In this document: positions 26,316-40,123 of the stretch, piece by piece
Position numbering within the stretch: position 1 is the first letter of the stretch
Layout: each line of letters opens with the position of its first letter
From: Octopus sinensis
Taxonomy: Eukaryota
NCBI RefSeq assembly: GCF_006345805.1
Contig: NW_021833951.1
Location: 4,021-68,020, forward strand
DNA length: 64,000 bases
Direction: 5' to 3'
Translations under genes and position numbers: made by a program
Notes under the pieces: model-generated
What the model was told of the DNA's origin: nothing
Seen by the model: only the letters and a program-made list of their open reading frames with translations
The model's database searches: none

Positions 26316-26561
26316 TGGAGGCGCGTGGCATAGTGGTTAGGGTGCCAGCACCATGATCATAAGATTGTGGTTTCGATTCCTGGACCGGGCGACGTGTTGT
26401 GTTCTTGAGCAAAACACTTCATTTCACGTTGCTCCAGTCCACTCAGCTGGCAAAAATGAGTAACGCTGCAATGGACTGGCATCACGTCCAGCTGGGGAAC
26501 ACATACGCCATAGAAACTGGGAAACCGGGCCCATGAGCCTGGCTAGGCTTTAAAAGGGCAC
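26316..26561 (+). mobile_element. tRNA-derived SINE family D (V-domain-like)
   Basis: GGAGGCGCGTGGC.TAGTGGTTAGGG...GGTTTCGATTCC...GC.ATGGACTGGC. Copies at 53249-53492; related heads at 440-773(-) and 4110-4293(-). Confidence 0.75.
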
Positions 26562-27055
26562 ATTTATTTAAGGTGGTGAGCTGGCAGAAACATTAGCACG
26601 CCGGGCGAAATGCTTAGCGGTATTTCGTCTGTCGATACGTTCTGAGTTCAAATTCTGCCGAGGTCGACTTTGCCTTTCATCCTTTCGGGGTCGATAAATA
26701 AAGTACCAGTTTCGCACTGGAGTCGATATAATTGACTTAATCCGTTTGTCTGTCCTTGTTTGTCCCCTCTATGTTTCGCCCCTTGTGGGCAGTAAAGAAA
26801 TATATATTATTATGAAAGCCACAACACACCTTTAATGAGATAATATCGTGTCTTAAGTTCAATTCCTGGGGATCAACCTTTATATTATTAATAGTCTTCG
26901 GAAAGTTCTATGGCCCCTGAGTACAGAAGTTGATGCTACTAGGGACGTGATTGCTTTCGTTATTCAATTAGTTGGCGCCGTTTCATAAAGGGTGGAAGTA
27001 TGAATTCATTGGGTATAATAAGTATCAAACACACACACACAAAAACACAAAAGCA

Positions 27056-27100
<45 letters not shown>

Positions 27101-27192
27101 ATAAGGGTAGAAATTGATGTTAATCAATTAAAACCAGTGACCTAGCATATTACTAAAAAATCCGAACATTAAAATTTTTTTTTACATAAAAG

Positions 27193-27397
27193 ATTTAGAG
27201 GACTGACCACTAAATAAAAATGGACAGCCTATATGCTGTCAAATTGCCATTTTCTACTAAGAATGTGTTCTCAAGAAACTTTGTTTTTTTGCTGAATTTT
27301 TTTGGTTGAGAACACATTCTTCGTGGAAAATGGCGATTTTGACGTCTATATCTAGCATAGAGGCTGTCCATTTTTTTAGTGGTCAGTCCTCTAAATT
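27193..27397. repeat. ~85-bp-arm inverted repeat within (TA)n
   Basis: ATTTAGAGGACTGACCACTAAA..GAATGTGTTCTCAA / TTGAGAACACATTC..TTTAGTGGTCAGTCCTCTAAAT. Confidence 0.85.
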
Positions 27398-27783
27398 TTG
27401 TATATATATAATATATATATATCACCGTGACTGACTAGGCTATCAGATGTTGCTACACATCGCTGGTCACAATGCGCTTCGCATTGTTTTAGCCTTCAAA
27501 TGACGTCACGCCGCTGGCTAAGCGAGCAGGCCAACAGTAGAAAGAGTGAGAGAAAGTTGCGGCGAAAGAGTACAGTAGGGATCGTCACCAACCCCTGCCG
27601 GAGCCTCGTGAAGGTTTAGGTGTTTTCGCTCAATAAACACTCACAACGCCCGGTCTGGGAATCGAAACCGCGATCCTACAACCGCGACTCCGCTGCCCTA
27701 ACCACTAGGCCATTGCGCCTTCACACACACACACACACTCTCTCTCACACGCACACATACACACACATATGTTTGTGCATGTG

Positions 27784-27851
<68 letters not shown>

Positions 27852-29058
27852 ATACTCCTATAAAGTTAAAAATATAGATTCTCCGTCAGTTTCGACGATG
27901 AGTATTCGGGCTTAACACGCATGCGTGCATACACACATACAAACAATCAAACAAAGAGCTTTTCATGGAATTATTTATTGTTTTCTTTTTTTTGTCAGTG
28001 GCTTTTATATTCCGCAGACACATGAACTCTTTACATATTCCCAAGACAGAATCGGTATGACGATGCACGTGTGTGTGTTAGAATTTACAAAGTACATCCG
28101 ATAGGTTTCCACTCATTTTCCGTCAATTCCACTCAGAAGGCATGGGTCGATTCGAGGTTATGATAAAAGGTACACTTACACCGCGTGTAATCGAACCCGG
28201 GACCTAATGCTCGGGAAGCAGACCTCTTAACCACTCGACCACGTCTAGTATACAGTCATGAACACACACCAACTCGTTTACAACAATAAACACATCTAAC
28301 AAAACAATATAACTTGAACACAATAGACTTAAGATAAAGCAACAGGAGAAATATTCTCAGACATTTCCCACTCAGTGACTCGTTAATTAGACGGGTTTGT
28401 TTAAAACGGCTTCGACATGGGAACAATGTTTCATTCGCCAATGGGAACAATGGTGACAAGCTTAGTAAAAAAGGTTTGTTATTTAGGAACAAGGCCTGAA
28501 ATTTGGGAGAGTGGATCAGTCGATTATAACAGTCAAGTGCTTGACTCGTATTTTATTTTGTTTTGTTTTATCAAATCCGGCGGGGGTGGGGGATGAAAGG
28601 CAGAGTTGACATAGAAGGGATTTGAACTCGGAGTACAAAGAGCCGGAAGAAATACCGCAAAGCATTTTTGCCGACGCTCTAGCGATTTTGTCATTGCACT
28701 GCCCTAAAATTACTTGCTTCTCTGCAAATTCTTGACCTTCTCAAGAATTTCGAGGGTAGTGAGTTTATCGATTAAATCGATATTTGATTGGTACTTTATT
28801 TTATCGACTCCGAAAGCATGAAAAACAAAGGTGACCTCGGCGAAATTTGAACTCAGAACGTAAAGAAACAGAAAAAATGTCAGTGTATTTTGTCCGACGC
28901 ACAAATGAATCTGCTAGCCCTCAGTCTTAATAACACTTTCTAATCATAAGCACAAGTTCTGAAATTTGCGGGATGAGCATACTCGATTACATCGATCCCT
29001 GTTCACAACTGGTACCTATTTTATCGACCATGACACGATGAAAAGCAAAATCGACCTA

Positions 29059-30322
29059 CGAAGGACGATCATTAAAGATTTTCCCTGACCGATTTCCCAG
29101 GGACTGGAATATACGAAACTTAGCATAATTATTAGTCCTTCTCTACATAGCCACCACTAATGGTGACACACTTCTCCCATCGCTTTATGCAGCTGTTAAG
29201 ACCTCGTCTGTAGAAGTCGGTAGGTTGCGTCTGCAGCCAAGATCTTATCTCCGAAATAAGCTCATCATCATCTGAAAAGTGCTTCCCCTTCAAAACGACT
29301 TCATGGTTGAAAAGAGGTGGAAGTCAGATGGTGTGAGATCGGGAGAGTAAGAGATATGAGAAAGGATTTCATAGCAGTAGGAGTGTGCTTTCATCTGGGC
29401 AATATGCGCATAGTGAACTGGGGCGTTGTCCTGGAGGAGGCGGACTCCTTTGGTCAGTATGCCACGCCTCTCTGCTTCGCAGCAAAGAAGCATAATATTA
29501 ATTGTGGTGCCCTTTTCCAGAAAATCCATCTCACTATTCCGCGCTGGTCCCCAAGACTGTGAGCATCACTTTGTTTGCTGAAGTTTGGACATGAGCCTTC
29601 TTTGGAGGTGGTGAGTTATCATGCTTCCATTGCCTTGACTGAACTTTAGTCTCACGATCATAGTGATGGGCCCATGTTTCTTCCTGTGTGATAAGTCTGC
29701 TGAACATTCCTCGTTTTCTTGGCACATTGTCAAAAGAGCCTGGAAGCAACTGACTCCTTCCTACTTCTGAAGAGGTGTGAGCATCTGGGGAATCTATCCT
29801 GCAGACAACTTCCGCATGTGCAAATGGTTTTGAATGATTTTTTTTCCATGGACCCTACATTTATCTTCACTTCTTGGACTAATTGCCGAATAATTTATGC
29901 GGTGATGCTCCAGAATGACGGTTTTCACTTTATGGTTGGTGTCGTCATAAATGGCGGAATATGGTCGTCCAGGAATAGGAGCAGTTTCCACTGATGTTCG
30001 GTCACATTTGATCTGGCGATGCCAGTGCCTGATCACGTTGTATGATGGTGCATCGTCACCGTAAACTTCTTTCATCTCATCGAAAGTCTCTTTTGGTGTA
30101 CGACCTTTTAAGTATAAGAACCTGATCACTGATCTGCCCTCAACTGCCTCCATTATAACACCTTAGTCCACTTCAGCAGCCGTAAAAGACAAGCGAATAC
30201 TTGTAGAAAGCTGCTATTTACAATGTGACATGTAGGCACATGTTTAATTGTACCTGTACAAGTTCCGTTCCCTGCAATAACCAGAAGTGGGTCAGGGGAA
30301 ATCTTTAATGATCACCGCTACG
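29059..30322 (-). mobile_element. Full-length (~1.26 kb) mariner element with a frameshifted transposase pseudogene
   Basis: TIRs GATCATTAAAGATTTTCCCTGACC / GGTCAGGGGAAATCTTTAATGATC. ORF pieces: HTH (RSVIRFLYLKG..KEVYGDDAPSY..W), ITQEETWAHHYD, QDNAPVH, YSPDLTPSDFHLF. Confidence 0.92.
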
Positions 30323-31029
30323 TTAAGTATTTTTCCCGGAGAGCTAACGTTTCTGCCAGCTCGCCGCTTTGAAAGAAGGTTAAATTGAACTGATATTACG
30401 ATAATCCTTTCTCCTTGGGTACCGGATTTTGGGGAGATTTAGGAACAACATATTGGCGCCCAAACATATTATCTACCTACACTACATAATGCAGCTTATA
30501 CAGATAGGCTCTGGCATATCAGGGTGGATTAAAAACAGGGTTCAGTCCCGCTGCGCGGTACATTCGACAAGTTTTTTCAACTCTAACCTCGAGCCGACCA
30601 ATTGTGAGTGAATCTTGTAGGCGGAAACTGTATAAAGCCTGTGACTGACCAGGCTATCATATGTTGCTACACATCGCTGGTCACAATGCGCTTCAAATGA
30701 CGCCATCCCGCTGGCCAAGCGAGAAGGCCAACAGAAGAAAGAGTGAGAGAAAGTTGTGACGAAAGAGTACAGCAGGGATCACCCCCCCCCCCCTTGCCGG
30801 AGCCTCGTGGAGCTTCAGGTGTTTTCGCTCAATAAACACTCACAACGCCCGATCTGGGAATCGAAACCTCCATATATATATATATATATATATAATGGTG
30901 TGTGTGTGTGAAATTGTGTAGAAACTTGTCGCATACACACGCACACGCACACGCACACAGACACAGAAACACACACACAACCACACACAGCCACACACCT
31001 ACCTATGTGTATGTGTGTGCGCGTGTTAA

Positions 31030-31435
31030 TGTCTGGTGACAGCGCGTGTCATGGTGGTCGAGACTAGAGAGGGAAGTGCTGTCTGATAGCAAATCTATTG
31101 AAAGGTGGGTGAATGTTGGGAAAATGGCTAGCATCTACGGACCAATTCTGAGGCTACACATGTAAAAAGAAAGGGTAAATATAAAAGGAGAAAGGGGCCC
31201 TCTACCCCTTTTTGACCAGGCTCCCGTGGCTTTTATGGGTTTTTCCACGAGCAACCTTTCGAAGCGCCTCCCCCTATCGGGAGTTTTACTTGTTATATAT
31301 ATAATTTCGTTGGTATTTAAATGTTTACACGGACCTTTCTATCGGACAAAACCCTTTGTAATTTTCGTCCTGTCTTTGTCCTTACATGTTTTCTTGATTT
31401 TTGTTAGCCCTTGTGGCCAATAAACCAGAATTAAT
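31030..31435 (+). mobile_element. L1/Tx1-like LINE 3' end
   Basis: Short ORF tail (EREVLS..IERWVNV) followed by a pyrimidine-rich UTR ending TAGCCCTTGTGGCCAATAAA. Confidence 0.5.
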
Positions 31436-31437
31436 TT

Positions 31438-31502
<65 letters not shown>

Positions 31503-32734
31503 CAGTAAGAATGCTAAATGCAGATGCGGAAAAGTCGGAACACTGAAGCTTATTTTTTTCCAACTGTTCACTAGCATTGAATAGATATACATGGAGGAAC
31601 ATCTGTTCCTAAAGGTCCTCTTCACAAGTCCTGGGGTCGATTTTCTCGACAAAAGGCGGCGCTCCATCATGGCCGCAGTCAAAATGACTGAAACAAGTAA
31701 AAGAGTAAAAGAGTATACACACACACCTATAGATATAAATAGATGGTTAGATATAGATATATAAATACATACTCTTTACTCTCTTTTACTCTTTTACTTG
31801 TTTCAGTCATTTGCATTTGACTGCGGCCATGCTGGAGCACCGCCTTTAATCGAGCAACTCGAACCCGGGACTTATTCTTTTGTAAGCCCAGTACTTATTC
31901 TATCGGTCTCTTTTGCCGAACCGCTAGTAACGGAGACATAAACACACCAGCATCGTTGTCAAGCAATGCTAGGGGGACAAAAACAGACACGCAAACCACA
32001 CCACGCATATATATATATATATATACATATATACGACGGGCTTCTTTCAGTTTCCATCTACCAAATCCACTCACAAGGCTTTGGTCGGCCCGAGGCTATA
32101 GTAGAAGACACTTGCCCAAGGTGCCACGCAGTGGGATTGCTTATACATATACCTTAATATGTGCGTGCGAGCATATATATATATATACGTATGTATGTAT
32201 ACGTAGATAATACGGATACAGACCCGCAACAAGACCTGTCCGAACACGGATACGATATTAATATTGACACAAGCACCCATTCGTAGACATGCATATACGT
32301 TCTCTCTTACACATACACAGTCTCACCCTCATACACATATACTGGGTCAATATGTACAAAGGCACACATATGCATACACAGATACTTACATCTATAGATA
32401 CTTACATACATACGCTAATTCATACATACATACGTACCTACATGCAGAAAGTGGTTACTGTTTCACAAGTGTATATATGCTTGTAAACACACTTTATTAA
32501 ACTCGGGCAGAGTAGGAGAAAGGGAGGGAAAGAAACAGAGAATGAGAGAGAGAGAGAGAGAAAGAAAGTGAGAGAGGGAGAGAGGGAGAGAGAGAGAGAG
32601 GTGAGAGAGAGAGAGAAAGGGAGAAATCGATAAGTTTTATAAGTGATGTCAGTGGACGAGCCACGTCTCGTGGATCAGGGCGGCGGTCAGTTTTGTTTGG
32701 ACTTCGATTTTGCCCGGGTAACGACTGATGGAGG

Positions 32735-33132
32735 CGGTGATGGTACTTGTAATGGTGGTGGTGGTGGTGGTGGTGGTGGTGGTTTCGTGTTGTTGTCTGC
32801 GGTTGCGGTGGTGAGGGTGGTGGTGATGGTGGCGGCAGTGATAATAGTGGTGATGGTGGTGATTGTACCGGGGACGGTAGCGGTGACGGTGGCGGTGGTT
32901 GTAGTGGTAGCGGTAGTGGTGGTAATGGTAATAGTGCTGTTGTTGAAGTTGTTTGTTGTAGTGGTAGTTGGTGTTGTCGTCGGTGGTGATGGTGGTGGTG
33001 GTAGTTGTAGTAGTAGTAGTAGTGCTTGTGGCAGTGGTGGTGGTGGTAGTAGTAGTAGTGCTTGTGGCAGTGGTGTTAGTGGTGGTGGTGGTAGTAGTAG
33101 TAGTAGTGCTTGTGGCAGTTGTGTTAGTGGTG

Positions 33133-33167
<35 letters not shown>

Positions 33168-33227
33168 GCTTGTGGCAGTGGTGTTGGTGGTGGTGGTAGT
33201 AGTAGTAGTAGCAGCAGCAGCAGTAGC

Positions 33228-33261
<34 letters not shown>

Positions 33262-33843
33262 CTTGTGGCAGTGGTGTTGGTGGTGGAGGTGGTAGTAGTA
33301 GTAGTAGGGCTTGTAGTAGTTGTAGATGTAGTTGTCGTTGGTGTTGGTGGTGTCATTGGCCATCAGGGCCATTTGAGAAACCAGCGTTAAACTCCCCCAT
33401 CCCCGCAAACAAACCGAGGCCCTGGGCCCTTATAGTATTCATTCACTGACAGCAAGCCACAGCATACATAGTCCAGAATCGGGTCCCTAGACCCAAGAGG
33501 CCCGCGGGAAAACGATCCAGGATGCACATATTTTAAGATGGCACTGACGGTGATGGTAGTGATGGTGATGGTAGTGGTAGTGTAGTGATGGACCTGTTTG
33601 GGTTGCAGTGGTGGTGATGAATGAATTTTGTGATGGCGAGGGCGAGACGATCATATGTAGCAAAGGTGATGAAACAGGGCCTTCGATATATAGCTGTAGT
33701 CATGGTTTCCCGAAACAAATCTACGGAAGAAAGAAAGGAAACTGCGTCCCCTTTTTCTCAGTCAGCCAGAGATGCACTCAGTTGTTTGTTGTGGCTGATG
33801 ATGATGGTGGTGATGATGATGATGATGATGATGACGATGAAGA

Positions 33844-33877
<34 letters not shown>

Positions 33878-33982
33878 GGTGGTGGTGATGGTGATGATGA
33901 TGATGATGATGATGATGGGGATGATAATGATGATGATATTGATGATGATGGTAATGATGACAAAGACGACGACGACGATGAG

Positions 33983-34013
<31 letters not shown>

Positions 34014-34200
34014 ATGATGATGGCGATAAGGATGATGATGGTAATGATGACAAAGACGACGACGACGACGACGATGATGATGATGATGATGATGTTGATG
34101 ATGATGATGATGATTATGATGATGATGATGATGATGATATCGACGACGATGACAACGACGCTGATGAAGATGATGACGACGGCGACGACGACAATGATAA
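32735..34200. repeat. (GGT)n/(AGT)n/(GAT)n trinucleotide region
   Basis: Directly visible. A reverse-complement counterpart (ACC)n lies at 53540-54025. Confidence 0.9.
33364..33546. mobile_element. Short hAT-like MITE
   Basis: Imperfect TIRs CAGGGCCATTTGAG / TTAAGATGGCACTG. A truncated homologue lies at 53175-53535. Confidence 0.45.
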
Positions 34201-34409
34201 TCTTGTTATTCAGAATCATCAGAGCAATTGACAAAATGCCTAGCGATATTTCTCCTGACGGATTAAGTTCCGAGTTCAAATTTCACTCAGGTCAGCTTTA
34301 TTTTTCCTTCCTCTCGGGTTTGATCAATTAAAGATAAATCAAAATACCAATCGATGTAATCCACTTGCCCTTCCCTTCAAAACATCTGGCTTGTGCAGAA
34401 ATTTAAGAC

Positions 34410-34477
<68 letters not shown>

Positions 34478-34704
34478 TATCATTATTATTATTATCATTA
34501 TTAATCTAGCGAGGTCGACTTTGCCATGCATCCTTTCGGGATCGATGAGAAAAGTACCAGTTGCGTACTGAGGCCGATCTAATCGACTGGCCCCCTCCCC
34601 TCAAAATGTCAGGTTTTGTGCCTTTAATAGAAAGGATTATTATTATTAGTAGTAGTAGTAGCAGTAGTAGTGGGTGAAGTAGTAGCAGCAGCAGCAGTAG
34701 TAGC

Positions 34705-34753
<49 letters not shown>

Positions 34754-34789
34754 CGCACAGAATAAAAGTTTTCCATGTTTATATTTAGA

Positions 34790-34829
<40 letters not shown>

Positions 34830-35235
34830 TAGTACGTCAGCAAAAACAGTTTGAACTATTGTCAGAGTTATTAATTACTCATATCTCTATTTTTCTCAGT
34901 CAGTGTGTCTGTGTGTGTATATACATATATGTATATGTATACACACACACACATACAGAGAAGCTCACACCAATACATACACACACACTCATGCACACAC
35001 ACATACACGCACGTACGCACACACATATTTATATACGTGTGCACCCGCACATCCACATATACATCTATATCACACTATACTACGCATACATATAATATAT
35101 ATATACATACGTATGCTTATATATATATATATATATAATATATATATTATATAATATAATATATATATATATAAGTAAGTTTTGGATTTATCCCTAATAT
35201 TTTATTTTATACATATATATATATATATATCGAAT

Positions 35236-35267
<32 letters not shown>

Positions 35268-37074
35268 AATGGAACAAAAACGCAATGGAGGGCATTAAAA
35301 CGTTCGTACAGATAGACGTCACAAAGGCGGACAAGATGTGTGTATATATTCATGCATGTTATAATATATATGTGGTGTGTGTCTGCACTTATATAAATAT
35401 ATTATGTGTGTCTCTACTGACGCATAGCTAAATTAGTAATATTGGTCAAGCTAAAAATAACATCGTTTCCATCATATTTGACATTTTATTGGATCCAAGA
35501 CAAAACAAGTCGAGAATATTATACCGGAAGTGGCAAACTTCATATTACCAGACCAATGTAATGGAAGAGGCGCTAATGTTAGGATCAAAACAATGTATTT
35601 TAAAGGGAAATAACTATGAAAAGGACCGTTAACTGTACATCGTTGGGTAGTGTTTGCCTCTTTTGTTTTTTGTGTGTTTTATTTTTTATCTCTAGTTTCT
35701 TTTATGGCGACTTTTGACTTGGTTTCATCCGACATTGGTTGAATAAAATGCGTCTGAGATTTTCAGCGGGGTCAAGGTCATTGTCTGTGATTTCTTTTTC
35801 ACAAAGGGACATTTTCGTCGTGGCACAATTGGATGAATACTGTGATGCGATGAGCTCTCATATGATTTTGTGGTGCATATAAGCACTCTTGCTTATATCG
35901 CTAGCGGGAGACAATCACTGCCGTTGCCGTCGCCGTCGCCAGGACTACCAGATCACGAGATTCCGGCCTTCCTTGATCTTGTCAATGGTAGACGCCTAAC
36001 CGCTGGAATAGCGGTGACCGTTGTGCTAGAGATATGCATAGAATCACAAAGTGCCTAACTAGGCACTGGTGTCGCGTATGTTGTTGTTGTTTGTTCCTTC
36101 TCGAGCCATGCCTGGTTCATAAGGGCCGGTTTGCCGGTTTCATTGAGGTTTTGTCTTGGTATAAAAGATGGGCTACATCAAATATTCTGCTCAATACCAC
36201 AGATTTGCTTGTCAGTTATTTGACCTTAACCAGTTGAGCATGTCCGTTAGTGGCTGACGATATGTGCATCTCTGATCACGAATAATGGGAGAGCATCATA
36301 GCCATGTATTACAATGACCCCAGTACTCAAATGGCACTTAATTTATCAAATAATAATGAGAATGATAAATGCCCTGATGCAGTGGCTCTCATGGTTTCTC
36401 ATCTTAACTGATTGGAAGTGTTATCAAGTACATTGTTTTGTCTTGGTATAAAAGATGGGCTACAGCAAATATTCTGCTCAATACCATAGATGTTCATGTC
36501 AGTTGTTTGACCTTAACCTGTTGACCATGTCCCTTAGTGGCTGACGATATGTGCATCTCTGATCACGAGCAGAAGTAGTGGGGGAGCATCATAGCCATGT
36601 GTTGAGAGGAATTCTTTGGGGTTTGGATAATTCACCATCGGAAATATGGGTGTTTTGTTCATCATCCTTAAACAAAACTTATTCAGGGACCTTTTGAGCG
36701 GGATGAGTTACTCGACCAGAAGAACATTCTAACCGGGCCCCACCTGCAAGGTCATGTGCTGTTTATCTTGATATGAGATCACCATGTCGCGCACATATGG
36801 TTGTGATGCATGTGCCTGGTGTACCCTTATCAGACGGGTAGTGATGATGGGTATGTTGGGTTTCATATACTTGTACCCCTGTGTCACTTTGATGGCATGC
36901 ATTGTTCTCTCACTCAATAATAAAAATAATCCTTTCTCCTAGAGGCACAAGGCCTGAAATTTGGGGGAGGGAGTGTTTCACTGGTACTTAATTTATCGAC
37001 CCCGAACGTAGCGACAAGCAAAATACCGCTAAGCATCTCACCCGGTTTGCTAACGATTCTGCCAGCTCACCGCC

Positions 37075-37127
<53 letters not shown>

Positions 37128-37159
37128 TATAATAATAATAATAATAATAATAATGATAA

Positions 37160-37632
37160 TTGGACACTTTGCAACAAGTATGGACTTGACAGAGCAAAAA
37201 ATTGGTACGACCACAAACCTGAAGGCATTGTCGAAAATAGAAATGCAAAGATCCTATGGGATTATATGATTCAGTGTGACCATGAGATAGAGAATAGGAA
37301 GCCGGACATAGTCTTAATTGAGAAAGAAAACAAACTATGCTGGATCATAGATATAGCATGCCCAGCTGAAAACAAGGTATGCGATAAGGAAGAACGAAAA
37401 GTCGATAGATATGGGAAGTTAAGCAGTTGTGGTCGATGAAAAAGGTAGCCCTGGGAACAGTGAGCAAAAATCTCGAGAAGTACGTGGAACAAATACGGGC
37501 TGCAATAAGGGTGGAGCACTTGCAGAAAACAGCACTGCTTGGAACTGCACGAATACTCCGAAAGGTACTCGAAAAATAAGAGGTGTTACCTTAGTTCACT
37601 GGTAGTGAACAGCATTAGAAGCTGTGCAAAGG
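37160..37632 (+). mobile_element. R4/Dong-like RLE non-LTR retrotransposon 3' end inserted in (TAA)n
   Basis: WTLC..YGL....WYDHKPE..VEN..KILWD..IQCDHEI..RKPDIVLI.K....IIDIACP.....KE..K..RY is a PD-(D/E)xK endonuclease. (AAT)n on both sides matches the known Dong target. Confidence 0.85.
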
Positions 37633-37668
37633 CAATAATAATAATAATAATAAATAATAATAATAATA

Positions 37669-37706
<38 letters not shown>

Positions 37707-38670
37707 GCATCAACAACAACAACAACAAAAGCAACAACAATAATAATGATGATGATAAAAATAATATGAACAGAATATAGATACAGGAGTGGTATTTCAA
37801 TTCAATTCAATATCCTAGTCTACTATAGGCACAAGGCCCAATTTTGGGGAGAGGGCTTGTCGATTAGATCGACTCCAGTACGCAACTGCTACTTAATTTG
37901 TCGACCCCGAAAGAATGAAAGGTTAAGTCGACATCGTTGGAATTTGAACTCAGAACGTAAAGACAGACGAAATACCGCTAATACCGTTTCTGCCAGCTTG
38001 CAGCCTTAATTCAATTCAATATCGATTTATTAATTTTCAATAATCCAATAATGTGATTATGAATTAATCACAAAGGTTTTATTATAAATGACATGACGGG
38101 GTTCTAAGCTAGGAGTTTAAAAAAATGCTTCTGCTGCTTGCCCAGGTCATGAGCGTTTGTGATTCCACTACAGTGAGTATGCCATCTTGTGTTATTAGAT
38201 TCGGTACGTTTATTTGGCAGAACTATTAGCACGCCGGGAAAAATGTTCGGTAGTATTTCGTTCTTTTTTATGCGTTCTGAGTTCAAATTGAGCCGAGGTT
38301 GACTTTGCCTTTTATCCTTTCGGGGTTAATAAAATAAGTGCCAGCTGAGTACTGGAGTCGATGTATTCGACTAACACCTTCCACTAAAACTTCAGGCATT
38401 GTGCCTATAGAAAAAAAGGGGTGAATCATTTTAGCTGTGTATAAGGCGGCAAGTTTGCAAATTCATTGACACACCGGATAAAATGCTACCAGTAACATTT
38501 CGTTCGTCTTTTCGTTCTGAGTTCAAATTCCGCCGAGGTCGACTTTGTCTTTCATCCCTTTCGGGGTCGATGAAATAAGTACTAGTTGAGCACGGGGTCG
38601 AGGTAATCGACTCCCCACTTCCCTGAAACTGCTGGATTTGTGCCAATAATCATTATTTTAGCTGCATATA

Positions 38671-39070
38671 AGGCGGCGAGCTGGCAGAAATGTTAGCACG
38701 CCGGGCGAAATACGTAGCCGTATTTCGTCTGCCGTTACGTTCTGAGTTCAAATTCCGCCGAGGTCCACTTTGCCTTTCATCCTTTCGGGGTCGATTAAAT
38801 AAGTACCAGTTACGCACTGGGGTCGATGTAATCGATTGAATCCGTGTGTCTGTCCTTGTTTGTCCCCTCTGTGTTTAGCCCCTTGTGGGTAGTAAAGAAA
38901 TAGGTATTTCGTCTATCTTTACGTTCTGAGTTCAAATTCTGCTGAGGTCGACTTTGCCTTTCATCCCTTTCGGGGTCTATGAAACCAATACCAGTTGAGC
39001 ACTGGGGTCAATGTAATTGACTTCCTCATCCCACCAAAATTATGGCTTTGTGCCTATAGTAGAAAGGGTT
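38671..39070 (+). mobile_element. SINE A dimer (young-tail unit followed by old-tail unit)
   Basis: Junction AAAGAAATAG|GTATTTCGTC near 38902. Confidence 0.85.
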
Positions 39071-40088
39071 ATTTTAACTTTATATGAAACGGGAAGAAGG
39101 TAGGTGTCCTGATATGTAAAAAAAAAAATAATTAATCTTTTCTAATTTAGACATAAAGTCAGTATTTTTAAGGGGAGGGTAAATCGTTTTCATTGATTCC
39201 AGTGCTCAAGTGATTCTTTTATCGACCCCGAAACGATGAAGGCAAAGCCGACATCAGTGATATTTGAACCCTGAACGTGAAGAGCCGGAAGAAATGCCGA
39301 TAAGCAATTTGTAACGATTCTGACAGCTAACCGTCCAACTGTGGTGCAAAAATCATATAATCGATAACATAGTTGTTCTATAAACCCGGCAACAGACATA
39401 AGATTCTACCGCCATCCATGGACTAGTGGTTTCGAAATCTAATCCCTATAATCCGAAATATAACACCCGCAGGGATTTATGTGGTTTCATTCTTTGGATT
39501 TTCATTAATAAAAAGTAAAAAAAAAAAGAAAGAATACAGCAGAGAGATCGATAATATTCACTATTGATAAATTTCCTGTTATGACGCTAAATAGGTTTGA
39601 TCCTAAAATAGGTTAGCCATAAAGCCATGATGTTCTAATAGGAAACTGAAGTTATGAGAAATCTTGTTAGTCTGGCATTAGAGGAACCGTCTTTTGTGAT
39701 TTACGGTTAACCTAATCGATCCAGTAATTTCCAATAATTTACACACGCTCTTTCCATGTTCTCATTGCTCCCCTACATCTTTCTCCCACTCCTCACTGTC
39801 TGTCTATGTTTCCTCTCTCTCTTTGTCTCTTTCTCTATCTATCTCTTTATATCGTTCTATCTCTTTATCTCGTTCTATCTCTCTATCCCTCTCTCGCCCC
39901 CCTCTCTTTCTCTTTCTCTTGTGCTTACTCTTCACTTCACTCTCATTATAATTTCTATGTGAAATATTTCCAAGTGGTACAGGAATTTATGGATGCATGT
40001 ACATATGTATGCATATATGTGTGCGTGTGTGTATATTAGTACATGTATGCGTATGAAAATACGTGCATATATGTGTACCTCTACAAAC

Positions 40089-40123
<35 letters not shown>

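Noticed and set aside
29059-30322. Active or domesticated (SETMAR-like) transposase
   Set aside because: Multiple frameshifts, a decayed first catalytic motif (QEETW), retained TIRs and no SET domain.
32643-34331. Gly/Ser-, Thr- and Asp-rich ORFs resembling mucins or acidic biomineral proteins
   Set aside because: Trinucleotide repeats open in most frames. They are interrupted by a MITE, and the paralogous tract at 53.5-54 kb does not conserve a peptide.
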